Sequence record: DRR723986_4815
DNA: 64,000 bases
Direction: 5' to 3' (one strand)
This document shows, one piece after another, positions 48,839 through 59,500 of this stretch. The position numbers and the translations under genes were made by a program. Below the pieces are notes generated by a model. It worked only from the letters and a program-made list of their open reading frames with translations, searched no databases and had not been told where the DNA came from. Each line of letters starts with the position of its first letter. Position 1 is the stretch's first letter.

Positions 48839-49272
48839 TCGGCCCTTTTACAAGCGTTGCCACAGAGTCATTTGCCAGCACGGCAAGGGATGCTTCCCTG
48901 GTCCAGTGGCAGGTTGCGTTTGAGGGACGACTGTCCCCGTCATCGCTTCCTAGTACTCAGTGACGTTTTAGCTCGTACCTCCTGCAGTGGTTGGAATCGC
49001 TCTCTGGGAGCGGGGCGATTCCCGGCATGTGCGGGTGAGGTTTGCTCAAGAACAGCAAACTTCCATTCGAAGGCGATCATCACGTTAGGATACGGTAAGA
49101 ACCCAATCGTTCAAGGGTTTAATGATTGCCATAGCGGAAGAAATTTCGCCACTAGCGCGAATGTGTACCGAAAGCAGCCTCTGGGGCGCAGTTGGGGCAA
49201 GCCGATTGCCATTAACGGCTGAAAAGGCATTTACGTATTCTTTGACAAAGTGATTCTTTGCCGATGGCGCAC

Positions 49273-49299
49273 AAAAAAACCGGCTCGAAAGAGCCGGTT
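49273..49299 (-). terminator. intrinsic terminator
   Basis: On the minus strand: AACCGGCTC-TTTC-GAGCCGGTT followed by a T run, 32 nt after the stop of the small gene. Confidence 0.85.
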
Positions 49300-49331
49300 C
49301 ATGTCTGAATTCTCAGGTTTTCGCCTGTTGG

Positions 49332-49559
49332 TTACTCGCGAGGGCGAATAACTCCGGTCAGGCCAGCGTAATCAACGCGGTCATCTCGGTGCCAAAGCGG
49401 TTGGCCTAGGTCTACACGTCGGCGAAGTACTTCGATCTTCTCGCTCGAGCCAGCAGGGGCGTCGGTAGGCAGAAAGTCGTCATTTACTTCTGGATCAAAG
49501 TCCTCGTCATGGCCGTACTTAAGAATTGCTTCGAAGACGTTCTTGCAAACATCGCTCAT
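49332..49559 (-). CDS. small hypothetical protein (75 aa)
   Basis: Has its own promoter-like sequence, RBS (AAAGGG) and terminator. Motif PTDAPAGSSEKIEVLRRRVDLGQPLWHRDD resembles a small planctomycete family. Confidence 0.75.
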   Translation of the reverse strand: MSDVCKNVFEAILKYGHDEDFDPEVNDDFLPTDAPAGSSEKIEVLRRRVDLGQPLWHRDDRVDYAGLTGVIRPRE

Positions 49560-49771
49560 CAAAATGCCCTTTCGGAACAAATAAATATGGATCAATTATT
49601 TATAAGTGTGCCCAGGGTAATGATCGAAGGTGTCGCTGGCCCTGATCGCCACAGCGAATGGCTCGACAGGTTCGTACCTGGGTTAACATGGCGAAAGTTC
49701 GGTGCGGAAACACCGCTGGAGGAGAGAGACCACTCGGTCTGGACCGATGCCCCCCTGCTCAATTCACGAGC

Positions 49772-49800
49772 GATTATTCACGGCTCGAGGGTGAAGTCAA
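49772..49800 (-). promoter_or_regulatory. sigma70-like promoter of the small gene
   Basis: TTGACT-16 nt-AATAAT on the minus strand. Confidence 0.5.
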
Positions 49801-50221
49801 GAAAATTCCGTGAAAACTACCGGCGTCTAGGCGGTTTTGCCATTGGCAAACGGATGTAAATGACCTAGGGCAAATTGGGGCTGCTGCGTTGGGTTTGGCG
49901 GTTGTACGACAGTCGATCGCGTTGCTGCAGCAGAATGCCCCCTTAACTGCTTTTAATGCGGTCCCAAATGGCTCAACGGGAGAATCTCCCAAGTGCTCGC
50001 TCGCGACCTCCGCCAGTCATTTAGAACAGTTTGATGTGGCTGGGCTTGTAGAAAAAAATTTACGCGTTACTCGACAGCTCAGGCGTTCTAGTGGACATTT
50101 GGGCATCTGCAGGGCTGTGCTTTATGGCGTTTTGTGACCCTCTTTACAGTTGCCGGGTAGCCCTGCCGGCGATTTCGGCTCGGGGCAGAGCCAGCCGCTT
50201 TCGTTATTAGGAGTCGGATGA

Positions 50222-50641
50222 GTGTGGATTCAGAAGCAAGTTGCCTTGAAAGCTCGCCCGCGCGGCTTCCACCTTGTCACTGCTGAAATCGAAGAGGCGA
50301 TCCCGGAGCTGGATGGGTTCCGGGTCGGTATTGCTCATTTGTTTATCATGCATACCAGCGCCAGCCTGAGCATTAACGAGAATGCTGACCCTGACGTTCG
50401 GGTGGACATGGAAACCTACTTCAATCGCATCGTCCCCGAACAGGGGCTGCCGCTACTACATACTCTTGAGGGGCCCGACGACATGCCCGCGCACGTCAAA
50501 GCGAGTATGCTGGGGGCAAGTCAGACCATTCCAATCAAAGATGGCCGGTTTGCACTTGGCACCTGGCAGGGAATTTATCTGTGCGAGCATCGTAATCGCG
50601 GTGGTTCCCGGCGTCTGACCGTTACCCTGCACGGCGAATAG
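50222..50641 (+). CDS. yjbQ: YjbQ/UPF0047 family protein
   Basis: RGFHLVT, HTSASLSINENADPDV, EGPDDMPAHVK, LGTWQGIYLCEHR. AGGAG RBS. Confidence 0.93.
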   Translation: MWIQKQVALKARPRGFHLVTAEIEEAIPELDGFRVGIAHLFIMHTSASLSINENADPDVRVDMETYFNRIVPEQGLPLLHTLEGPDDMPAHVKASMLGASQTIPIKDGRFALGTWQGIYLCEHRNRGGSRRLTVTLHGE

Positions 50642-50706
50642 GCCTCTGCAGAGCTCGTGTGTGCCAGCGGTTTTAGTTTCAAATGCCTTCTTCAAGGTTA
50701 TCTGGT

Positions 50707-51306
50707 GTGACTGCCAAGAGCCGAATACTTAACAAACTTCGCAAGCAAATAGTCGATCAAGTAGATCTGCCCAGCTCTACTACCAGCGGGGAGGCTCCGT
50801 GGATCCAGTATGAGGACCGCAAAGCAAAGTTCTCAGAAATGGTTGCCACAGCCGGTGGCCAGTGCTTTGAAGTGCCCGACTGGGCCGCCGTTGAGGCAAA
50901 GCTCGCTGAGTTTACCGAATGGCAACAAGGCAAGCACAAGCTCTCGTTGACCAGCGAAGTTTCCTGTGAGGTCGATATCACGCAAATTGAAGATCCTCAC
51001 GACCTTGAGAACCTCGACTTTGTTATCGCCAAGGGCCGGCTTGCGGTTGCAGAGAATGGCGCGATTTGGGTGAACGATACTGATTTGAAGCATCGTGTTG
51101 TGTATTTCATCACCCAGTTTCTCGTTCTGGTCGTTGATGCGGCCGACATCGTCAACAACATGCACGAAGGTTACTCGCAAATTCAGATTCCCCAGCCGGG
51201 GTTCGGGCTCTGGGTCTCCGGACCCAGCAAGACAGCCGACATCGAACAGTCGCTCGTCATCGGAGCACACGGCTGCCGCGAACTGACCGTCTTTGTTGTT
51301 GGCTGA
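50707..51306 (+). CDS. lutC: LUD domain protein (LutC/YkgG)
   Basis: AVAENGAIW and SGPSKTADIEQSLVIGAHG. Start is 50683 or 50707. Confidence 0.88.
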   Translation: MTAKSRILNKLRKQIVDQVDLPSSTTSGEAPWIQYEDRKAKFSEMVATAGGQCFEVPDWAAVEAKLAEFTEWQQGKHKLSLTSEVSCEVDITQIEDPHDLENLDFVIAKGRLAVAENGAIWVNDTDLKHRVVYFITQFLVLVVDAADIVNNMHEGYSQIQIPQPGFGLWVSGPSKTADIEQSLVIGAHGCRELTVFVVG

Positions 51307-51377
51307 CCCGTTAGCAGTCTCCGAACCGATCGCCGTTCTCGGATTTACGTCGTAGTTAGAACTCTGTTGCCAAGAAC

Positions 51378-52163
51378 ATGAATACTTCAACAAAACCTGC
51401 CGCCGATGAATCAAGCGTCGGCGATTCGTCGACATCCAGTCCGCGCGAAGGTGTTGATAAGACAGGTCACAAAGTACAGGAGATGTTTGCCCAGATCGCT
51501 CCGCGTTACGACTTGATGAATCACGTGCTGTCGCTGGGGATCGATATTCGGTGGCGGCACCGAGTGATTAAGGAGATGGGCTTTCGCGATTCTACATCGT
51601 CGGATCCGGTTTTGGATTGTTGCACGGGAACGGGAGATCTTGCGATCCTGATTGCGAAGGCAGCGGCAGGGAGGTTCGAAGTTGAAGCAACAGATTTTTG
51701 TGCGCCGATGCTTGAGCAGGCTGAGCGAAAGCGTGTCTCGGCGGGGCTAGAGGGAGTTAAATTCCAGGAAGCAGATTCGATGAGCCTGCCGTTCCCCGAC
51801 GACCACTTCCAAGCCGTTACGTGTGCATTTGGCCTGAGGAATATCCAGGATACTGAGCAAGGCCTCAAAGAAATGGCCCGGGTTTGCAAGCCGGGCGGAC
51901 AAGTCGGCATTCTTGAGTTTTCGCATCCAACTGCACCGGTACTGAAGCAGAGCTATCAAGCTTACTTCAAGCACGTTCTGCCGCGAATCGGCCAAGCTGT
52001 GGCCCGCAACGATAAATCTGCCTACGAGTATTTGCCCAACAGCGTCAGCGAGTTTCCAAGTGGCCAAGCTTTAGCAGAGGTGATGAAGAATTGTGGTTAC
52101 CGAAGCGTCGATTTGTTTCCGATGACTCTTGGAGTTGCCACTCTGTATCTCGGCCGGGTTTAG
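51378..52163 (+). CDS. menG: demethylmenaquinone methyltransferase
   Basis: [50 protein letters not shown]. Confidence 0.95.
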   Translation: MNTSTKPAADESSVGDSSTSSPREGVDKTGHKVQEMFAQIAPRYDLMNHVLSLGIDIRWRHRVIKEMGFRDSTSSDPVLDCCTGTGDLAILIAKAAAGRFEVEATDFCAPMLEQAERKRVSAGLEGVKFQEADSMSLPFPDDHFQAVTCAFGLRNIQDTEQGLKEMARVCKPGGQVGILEFSHPTAPVLKQSYQAYFKHVLPRIGQAVARNDKSAYEYLPNSVSEFPSGQALAEVMKNCGYRSVDLFPMTLGVATLYLGRV

Positions 52164-52523
52164 ATCTCAGCCGGAAGGCTGTCAGGCTTGCCGGTCGCGA
52201 CGAGAACCGCCGCACATAGTGTGTTGGTCGACGATTATCTTTGTCCTGGCTTCGTCGTGCAGGCAGCCTGCCTGCAACCAGGTTGTGTCGCAGCAAGCTA
52301 GATCTTAATGATGGTGGGGGTCATGGTGCTACTGTCAAGAATCTGGTTTTCGGTGGGTTAGCACCCACCCTACTTTCATCTGTGCCCGCAATGCAGAGGT
52401 TACACTGCGGTGAGGCTTGGAATCCGAATTCTCGTTGTTCTCGATGCTTTGGTGTGATTGCGAGTTGGAAAGAACGGGTGCTACTAATGGGCCAAACGAT
52501 ACATCAGACGGGATAATTCTGTA

Positions 52524-53198
52524 ATGACCAAGTTTGTAGGGAACGATGAGCTGCCGGTTGTGATGGCGATTACCGGCGCAAGTGGGGCCGTTTACGCGGC
52601 TGGCTTGCTCGATGCGTTGCTGGCCGCCGACGTGCCGGTTCATTTGACTGTTAGTGAGTCTGGCCGGGCTGTCGTAAAGCAAGAGCTCGACGTGAACTTA
52701 AAAGCGAATGCAGAGTCTGTCTGTGAGTTTCTTTCAGCGTCAGACCGACTGCTGGCACTCGACACCGACCAGGAAAAGCGGCTCGCGCGGGCGGCTGCGA
52801 TTGAGAAGAGGGTTTCTCTACACCAACCGAACGACTACTTCACCCCCATCGCCAGCGGTTCTCACCTGACTCGGGGCATGGTGATCTGCCCGTGTTCGGG
52901 GAGCACCTTAAGCGGGATTGCTCGAAGTGCGACTTCTAACTTGATCCAACGCGCCGCCGAGGTGCATCTGAAGGAGAGCCGCAAGCTGATCATCGTGCCG
53001 CGCGAGACGCCGCTTAGCGTTTTTCAGCTCGAGAATATGCACCGCCTCGCCCAAGCTGGAGTGGTCGTCTTGCCAGCGGCACCAGGCTGGTACCATGGTG
53101 TTACCGGTTTGTCAGACCTTGTTGACTTTGTCGTTGGCCGCATCTTGGACCAGTTGGGCATGAAGAATAGCCAGATTAATCGCTGGGCGTCAAACTAA
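52524..53198 (+). CDS. ubiX: flavin prenyltransferase UbiX
   Basis: AITGASG, IASGS, PCS, LKESRKLIIVPRETP, DFVVGRILD. Confidence 0.95.
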   Translation: MTKFVGNDELPVVMAITGASGAVYAAGLLDALLAADVPVHLTVSESGRAVVKQELDVNLKANAESVCEFLSASDRLLALDTDQEKRLARAAAIEKRVSLHQPNDYFTPIASGSHLTRGMVICPCSGSTLSGIARSATSNLIQRAAEVHLKESRKLIIVPRETPLSVFQLENMHRLAQAGVVVLPAAPGWYHGVTGLSDLVDFVVGRILDQLGMKNSQINRWASN

Positions 53199-53219
53199 TC
53201 ATGCCGCGCCTGAAAGCGG

Positions 53220-54362
53220 CTATGCTTCAGATGCGACAAGCTGTTCACCAACGGACCACTTCCTGAAGTCCTCGGGATCCCGATGAATGGCTCTGTAGAG
53301 CGTGTCTCGCTCTACCGGCTGATGACCAGTTTCACGAATCAGCTCTTTAATTCTCTCAACCGACAGCATTTGCGGTGTGGTGGCGCCGGCATCGTGATAA
53401 ATCAACTCGTGCCGGACGGTGCCATCGATATCATCCGCGCCGTAGTGCAATGCGACTTGCGCCGTTTCGATGCCCAGCATGATCCAGTAGGCTTTCACGT
53501 GTGGGATGTTATCCAGCATCAAGCGCGCGACGGCCATGTTGCGGAGATCGGCAAGTGCTGTCGGCTTCTTGATGTTGTCGAGTTTTGTGTTTTCCGGGTG
53601 GAACGCCAGCGGGATGAACGTCTGGAATCCCCCTGTTGCATCTTGTAGTTCACGAAGGCGAAGCAGATGATCTACACGGTGGTAGGCTTCCTCAAGATGC
53701 CCGTACAACATAGTGCAATTGCTGCGCAGTCCAATTTCATGAGCGTTTCTATGGACTTCGAACCACTTGTGCGAATCCGCTTTGTGTTCGCAAATCTGAT
53801 CGCGGACTTCAGAGTGGAAAATCTCGGCACCACCGCCAGGTAAAGAGCCCAGGCCGGCATCACGTAAGTCTTCAAGCACTTCACGGACGCCTCGCTTGGT
53901 CAGGAATTCAAACCAGCCGACTTCTACCGGAGTCCAAGCCTTCAGGTGAATCGTCGGGAATGCTTCGCTCAGTTGCGACAAGATTCCGCGATACCACTCA
54001 TATTCCATCTTGTGGTGCAGACCGCCAACGATGTGCATTTCGGTGCATCCGTTGTCATAGGCTTCCTGGCCGCGGGCGTGAATCTGTTCGGGGCTCATCA
54101 CGTAGCCCTTAGGGTCACGCAAATCGCTTCGGAAGGCACAGAAGCGACAACGATAGATGCAAACGTTGGTCGGGTTCAGGTGCGTGTTGATGTTGAAGTA
54201 AGCAACGTCACCATGCATTCGCCGCCGAACCATATTGGCAAGTTCGCCGACTTCCTGCAGTGGAACGGAAGGGTCGTATAGCGCCAATCCATCATCGAAA
54301 TCCAGGCGCTGCCCTGATTCGACTTTGCGTTTGATTTCAGTGAAGCGATCTTGAGCGTTCAT
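53220..54362 (-). CDS. mqnE: aminofutalosine synthase (radical SAM)
   Basis: NPTNVCIYRCRFCAF, HIVGG, HLKAWT, PGGGAEIF, FIPLAFHP and HVKAYW (MqnE-type rather than MqnC-type). ATG at 54362. Confidence 0.92.
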   Translation of the reverse strand: MNAQDRFTEIKRKVESGQRLDFDDGLALYDPSVPLQEVGELANMVRRRMHGDVAYFNINTHLNPTNVCIYRCRFCAFRSDLRDPKGYVMSPEQIHARGQEAYDNGCTEMHIVGGLHHKMEYEWYRGILSQLSEAFPTIHLKAWTPVEVGWFEFLTKRGVREVLEDLRDAGLGSLPGGGAEIFHSEVRDQICEHKADSHKWFEVHRNAHEIGLRSNCTMLYGHLEEAYHRVDHLLRLRELQDATGGFQTFIPLAFHPENTKLDNIKKPTALADLRNMAVARLMLDNIPHVKAYWIMLGIETAQVALHYGADDIDGTVRHELIYHDAGATTPQMLSVERIKELIRETGHQPVERDTLYRAIHRDPEDFRKWSVGEQLVASEA

Positions 54363-54836
54363 GGACGCGATCCGGTGACTTTGGTGTTGGATAAAGTGTG
54401 TTCGCTGGCATTGGTGCGAGCGTGGGCGACGACTGTTACGCTCGATCGGCGGTAGGCGATTGTCTCTGCTGCGGTGTTGCCCTAAAAAAAAGACGACAGT
54501 CGAGTCGCAACTGCGGTGAGGCACGATCTGTGGCTGTTATGATCCTTGGCAGGCTCTGCCGTCGCAATGCATTATCGTTGTAGCTTCGTTTTCGGCGAGT
54601 CCTGATCGGAGCTCAGTCTTGGTACAGGATAGAGCAGTATGCAGTCAGGGGCTGCAGGTCGGCTGAGTCAGTATGCTCGTTCGCCGCAGTTAGCGTACTT
54701 CTGTCGTCCATTTGGTAACCGCTATTGTGATGTGTTTGTAACGTGGTTCGGTATAGCCTTGGGCTGGCGTGGTTGGATTCGCTTAGAGTGACTCGCAATT
54801 GTATGGCGTTCGGGCACTTTGGTTTTGGGGTTATCT

Positions 54837-55865
54837 ATGAAGGTTGAATGCCTAGAGTTCGATTTGAAGTTGGCCGAACCCTTCACGATCTCGCGCGGGA
54901 CGGTGACGACTCAGCCGACTTTGATTGTCCGCGTCGAATACCAGGGCCTGGTTGGATTGGGCGAGGCGACGACGAATCCTTTCTACGGAGTCACGCTCGA
55001 GTCGATGCGTCGAGCTATTGAGCAGGTGCAGCCCAAATTGCAGGGATATCGATTGGAGAACCCAGCAGAGCTGTGGGCCGACTTGGATTCGCAGCTTTCA
55101 TCGAGTCGGTTTGCCCAGTGTGCCTTGGACTGCGCAGTGTGGGATATCTACGCACAGATGCACAGTAAACCCCTTTTCGAATTGTGGGGTTTTCGCCGCG
55201 AGGATCCTCGGCCACTCACTTCGTTCACGATCGGGATCGCTAGCGTTGAAGAAATGGTGCGAAAACTCGGTGAGCACGCGGGCTGGCCAATTTACAAGGT
55301 CAAGTTGCCAGCCGATGGTCCCGTCGATCTAGTTCGGGCCCTTCGCCAGCATTCGGAAGCGGTTTTTCGGGTTGATGCCAACTGCGCCTGGCAAAAAGAA
55401 GACGTACTGCAGATCTCCGAAGAGCTTTCATGTCTGGGCGTTGAGCTCATTGAGCAGCCGCTCGGCGCGAGCGAGTACGAGGCGATGGCTGGTCTAAAGG
55501 GTACGAGTCCGATTCCTTTGTTTGCTGACGAGAGCTGTCAGGTGGAATCCGACATCGACCGCTGTATCGACTCATTTGATGGCGTAAATGTCAAACTAGT
55601 CAAATGTGGTGGCATCACTCCCGCCCGAAGGATGTTGACTCGGGCTAGGCAGAACGGATTGAAGACCATGCTAGGCTGCATGACGGAATCGAGCGTCGGA
55701 ATTGCTGCTGGTGCACATATGCTGCCGCTCCTTGATTTTGCTGACCTGGATGGTGCTCTGCTGCTGGAGGCAGACATTGCGTCAGGTCTGCATTGGGACG
55801 CGGGGTACTGCCAATTGTCAGCTCAGCCAGGTCTAGGTGTTTCTCTGAATGCCCAGAGTCTCTGA
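54837..55865 (+). CDS. dipeptide epimerase (L-Ala-D/L-Glu epimerase, enolase superfamily)
   Basis: PFTISRG, YKVKL, RVDAN, IEQP, ADES, NVKLVKCGG, GCMTES, DLDG. Confidence 0.9.
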   Translation: MKVECLEFDLKLAEPFTISRGTVTTQPTLIVRVEYQGLVGLGEATTNPFYGVTLESMRRAIEQVQPKLQGYRLENPAELWADLDSQLSSSRFAQCALDCAVWDIYAQMHSKPLFELWGFRREDPRPLTSFTIGIASVEEMVRKLGEHAGWPIYKVKLPADGPVDLVRALRQHSEAVFRVDANCAWQKEDVLQISEELSCLGVELIEQPLGASEYEAMAGLKGTSPIPLFADESCQVESDIDRCIDSFDGVNVKLVKCGGITPARRMLTRARQNGLKTMLGCMTESSVGIAAGAHMLPLLDFADLDGALLLEADIASGLHWDAGYCQLSAQPGLGVSLNAQSL

Positions 55866-56347
55866 CCGCCGCGGATCGCTGATTTCAGCATCGGTGTCGA
55901 AGCGCGGGCGATTCTTGTGCTTTAGTAATAATCAACGCGCCCTTCAGTGCGTCGTAAGTCGTTTTGTAGTAATGGCTTAATGCTGGTGCGGAGCCGCGAT
56001 GAGCCGCCTCCGCCGATGCCCCGGGCAAATCATCTATGTAGTTCATCTATGCAGTGCGTACGTCGAAACAGCCGTGATCGCGACATCCAAGTGAGTCGGT
56101 CCTTGAGACTCATGGACGTGGAGATGCGCTGTATGGGGGGATTGCTCTACGTTATCTAGTTGCGACGGGGAACTTCGACAGGGGGTGTGCGTCCAAAGGG
56201 CTACACCTTGGTGGTCGGAAGACCTTCCATCGATGAGTTCAGCTTGGAGAGCGGCCGTTGTTGGCCGCTTTTTCAGGACAATCGGAAGTTGCTAGCGTGA
56301 TAAAAAGCGCTGATTGGGCTATTTGGGTGCCCTGCCACCCGTCGGAA

Positions 56348-56376
56348 TTTGCAACCCAAATGGCCGCAACTATAAT
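56348..56376 (+). promoter_or_regulatory. sigma70-like promoter of the giant gene
   Basis: TTGCAA-16 nt-TATAAT, about 185 nt upstream of ATG 56562. Confidence 0.6.
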
Positions 56377-56561
56377 CGACTCCCGTGTTTTCCTCGGTCC
56401 AGACGGCACAAATTGCGTTGTCTGCGGGGTTAGAACAGCTCCTCGATGGTGGTTCTACCGCGTCGCATAATGCGGCAAAAGCGTTCGTTACGCGCCTTCA
56501 TTCCCTGTTTAAGGGGGTGAATTTTCGCTGAAGCTCACCTGCATGCTCTAAGGGTTGGTTA

Positions 56562-59500
56562 ATGGCCATCCGTAAGTCACAGTCGGCAAAATCTTCTCGC
56601 AAATCCCTCACAGGTCAGGCTCGCAAGCAGGCCAAGCAACGTATGCGCAATATGTTGCTGGAAAACCTTGAGCAGCGTCAGCTACTCACGGTTGCTCCGC
56701 AGTTGATTGGGATTCAGCCCAACAACAGCGACTTGCTTGCCGACGGTGATATCCGCGACCAGTCGCCTCGGGAGCTGGTCTTCCGCTTCGACGATCTGCA
56801 GCAGATTGATCCTGGCACGTTGGACGGCATTCGTGTCACCAGTGCAGGTGGTGACGGGACGTTCGGTCTAGCGTCGGCCAGCAGCGATTTCGGCAGCAAC
56901 GGTGGTGCGAACATTCGCCTGACCGCTTCTGTTGAAGGCGAGACTTGGGCCATTGATGTCACGCACGCTGTCATGCCTGCGGGCACCGCGCCCACGATTT
57001 CAACCAATGGGGTAAGTGTCTCCATCACACTGAACTCCAATCCGGCCGCGCCGACGACGGCTGGCGAGCTCGTTGATGCGATCAACAACTCCCCTGCGCT
57101 CATCGATCGTTTGCAGGCGGAAATCGATGGCGGTTTGGAAGATGCTGCTCTTGCGCAACGTCCTGCGAGTGAGTACGCGCCGATTGCGGTGGATCAAACC
57201 AATGACGAAATCCTGACTCCGGGTGCAGTGCTTGTTGGGCAAGCCCCTGATGAGAACGAGGTGACGTTCCGATTCGCAGAGACTCTCAAGGACGACGACT
57301 ATCGCGTCGAGGTCTTCGGCTTCGATGATCCGAATCTGGGGATCGTTGGCCTGCGAAACCTCCAGGAGTCGGTTGGCTCGGAAGGCATGCTCTTCCAGCC
57401 TACAGATGAAACTACTCGTAAAGACACTATTGACTTCCGGCTTGATCTCGGTCCTCAAGTCATCGCAGTCGTTCCTCAGCCTGTTGTGCGCACGGCGACT
57501 GGTCTAGAGCAGCAGCGAGACACGATCGTTGTGCACTTTGACTCAGACAAGTTGCTCGTCGAGAACGACGCATTCGGTCAGCCTACGGCGCGATCGGTTG
57601 AGAATCCTGAATTCTATCAGTTGATCTACACATCCGATACGATTCGCAACACCGATGATTTGGTCTTCTTGCCAGCTCGGGTAGCGTACAACGCGGCGAC
57701 AAACGCAGCGACGCTTACCTTTGGCGGCGACATCAACGAGTTGCCTGGATCAGCCGCTGGGCCAGCAACATACAGGCTGCGAATCGGAACACGTGAAACC
57801 ACCCCTGCTGCGCCGACTCGCAGTGAAGCTGCAGCAACAGCTATCACTGACTTGAACACAGATGGTGCGGTCACGTTGAAGTTGACAGCTCGCGAAGTAG
57901 GCGAGTCGGGAAGTGGCATTCAAGTCAACTTTGTGAACTCAAACAGTGGTACTGAAGTTGCAACGGTGGCTGGCCGAGTCGTTACGGTCGATTTAGGGCG
58001 TCCGGACATTACTGCGGCTGAGTTGGTTGACTTGCTCCGCAATTCGTCCGCTGCATCTGATTTGTTCTCTGTAGATTTCGAGCCTGGCAGTGATCCAAAC
58101 ACCATTGTTGGTGATACCAATCTGGCGTTCTCGCCTGTTACCCTGGTTGGCCTAGGCAGTTCGTTTGACACGGCGATGGACTTGGGTGTTATTGGATCGA
58201 GCGATGAGTCGTTGACCAGCTTGATCCTTTCGTCGGCCATTGACGCTGAGCCTTTCGTGTTGGATCTGCCGGGTGCAAGTGACGACGTCGCACACCGTCA
58301 GCTTCCGCAGAACGTGGCGGGTTCATTTGAAGATCATGTCAACGAGAATTTTGGTGCCGACTCGACAGATGGTATCACGACCATTTACTACAACTTCCGC
58401 GAGTTGTATTCGTTCGACTCGGCTGGCAATCCGTTAACGAACGCGATTGACGAAACCCAGAAAGCGCGGGCTCGAGAGGTGTTGAGCCTGTGGTCCAACT
58501 ACATCGGGGTGCAGTTTGTTGAAACAGCCGAGTCTGGCCTAACCATTGCGACTGGCTCGATTGATGGGCTGCGTCCACAGGTTGGAACGCAAATTGAAGT
58601 TCATCCGGAATTCTCTAGCGATTTCGGTGTTCGTATTGACCCAACTTTTGAGAACTCGCTAGTGGTCCTGTCGGCTGCGAATTCGTGGGGGCTCGACTAC
58701 GGTGAAAGCTACAGCCGCAACATGGCTGCGGCAGTCGGCATGGCGTTGGGGCTTGAGCACGCGGGCAATCTTCCCGAGTCCACGCTAATGCGATTGGACC
58801 CTGAGTTCCTGGCCGCAATCGATACGCTCAATGATGGGAACGACGCCGTCCTGGATGCCAGTGATGAGCGTTATGAGCCTGTTTTGCCGGGCAATCAGGA
58901 TATTCTCCACGGTCGATATCTCTACCGAAACGACAGCACTGATATTGATCTCTATCGTTTTGAAGTTGACTTCGGCGGAGACGATCGAGTTGGCGTGCTG
59001 ACGGCTGAAACATACGCACAGCGACTAACCAACAGCAGCCCGCTGAACACGAACCTCGAGTTGTTCCGTGAGGTGCAGGCTTCTGCAACGACCTCCTTCG
59101 GTGCTGGCGAAGCAGTTTCATTGGCATTCGAGGCGGTGAAGCCAGGTGCTCTTGGCAATCAGCTTCAGGTGTTCTTCACACAAACGGATCGCGGAGATGC
59201 ATCGAAGCCAACGGTCCGCACTTTCCCGAACGCTATTGCTGTCGACCTGAACTCTACGTCAGGCAGCGAGAGCACTGTCCAGGATGTAATTGATGCTCTA
59301 GAGGCATCTACGGCTGCTAGTTCACTGGTTCGAGTTTCGCTTGAAGCGGGTGACGCGAGCGAGGCCATTGGCGGCAACCGCCTTACACAGAATCCAGTTG
59401 TTCTCAACGGTGGTCGAGTCGAGCTGGTTTCGCAGAACGATGACTACTTCTCGCAAGATAGTGTTGTTCGGCAGTCCCTTACAACTGGTGTGTACTACAT

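Noticed and set aside
54819-55865. MenC (o-succinylbenzoate synthase) call because of nearby menaquinone genes
   Set aside because: PFTISRG, GCMTES and DLDG fit dipeptide epimerases, and the neighbours indicate the futalosine route.
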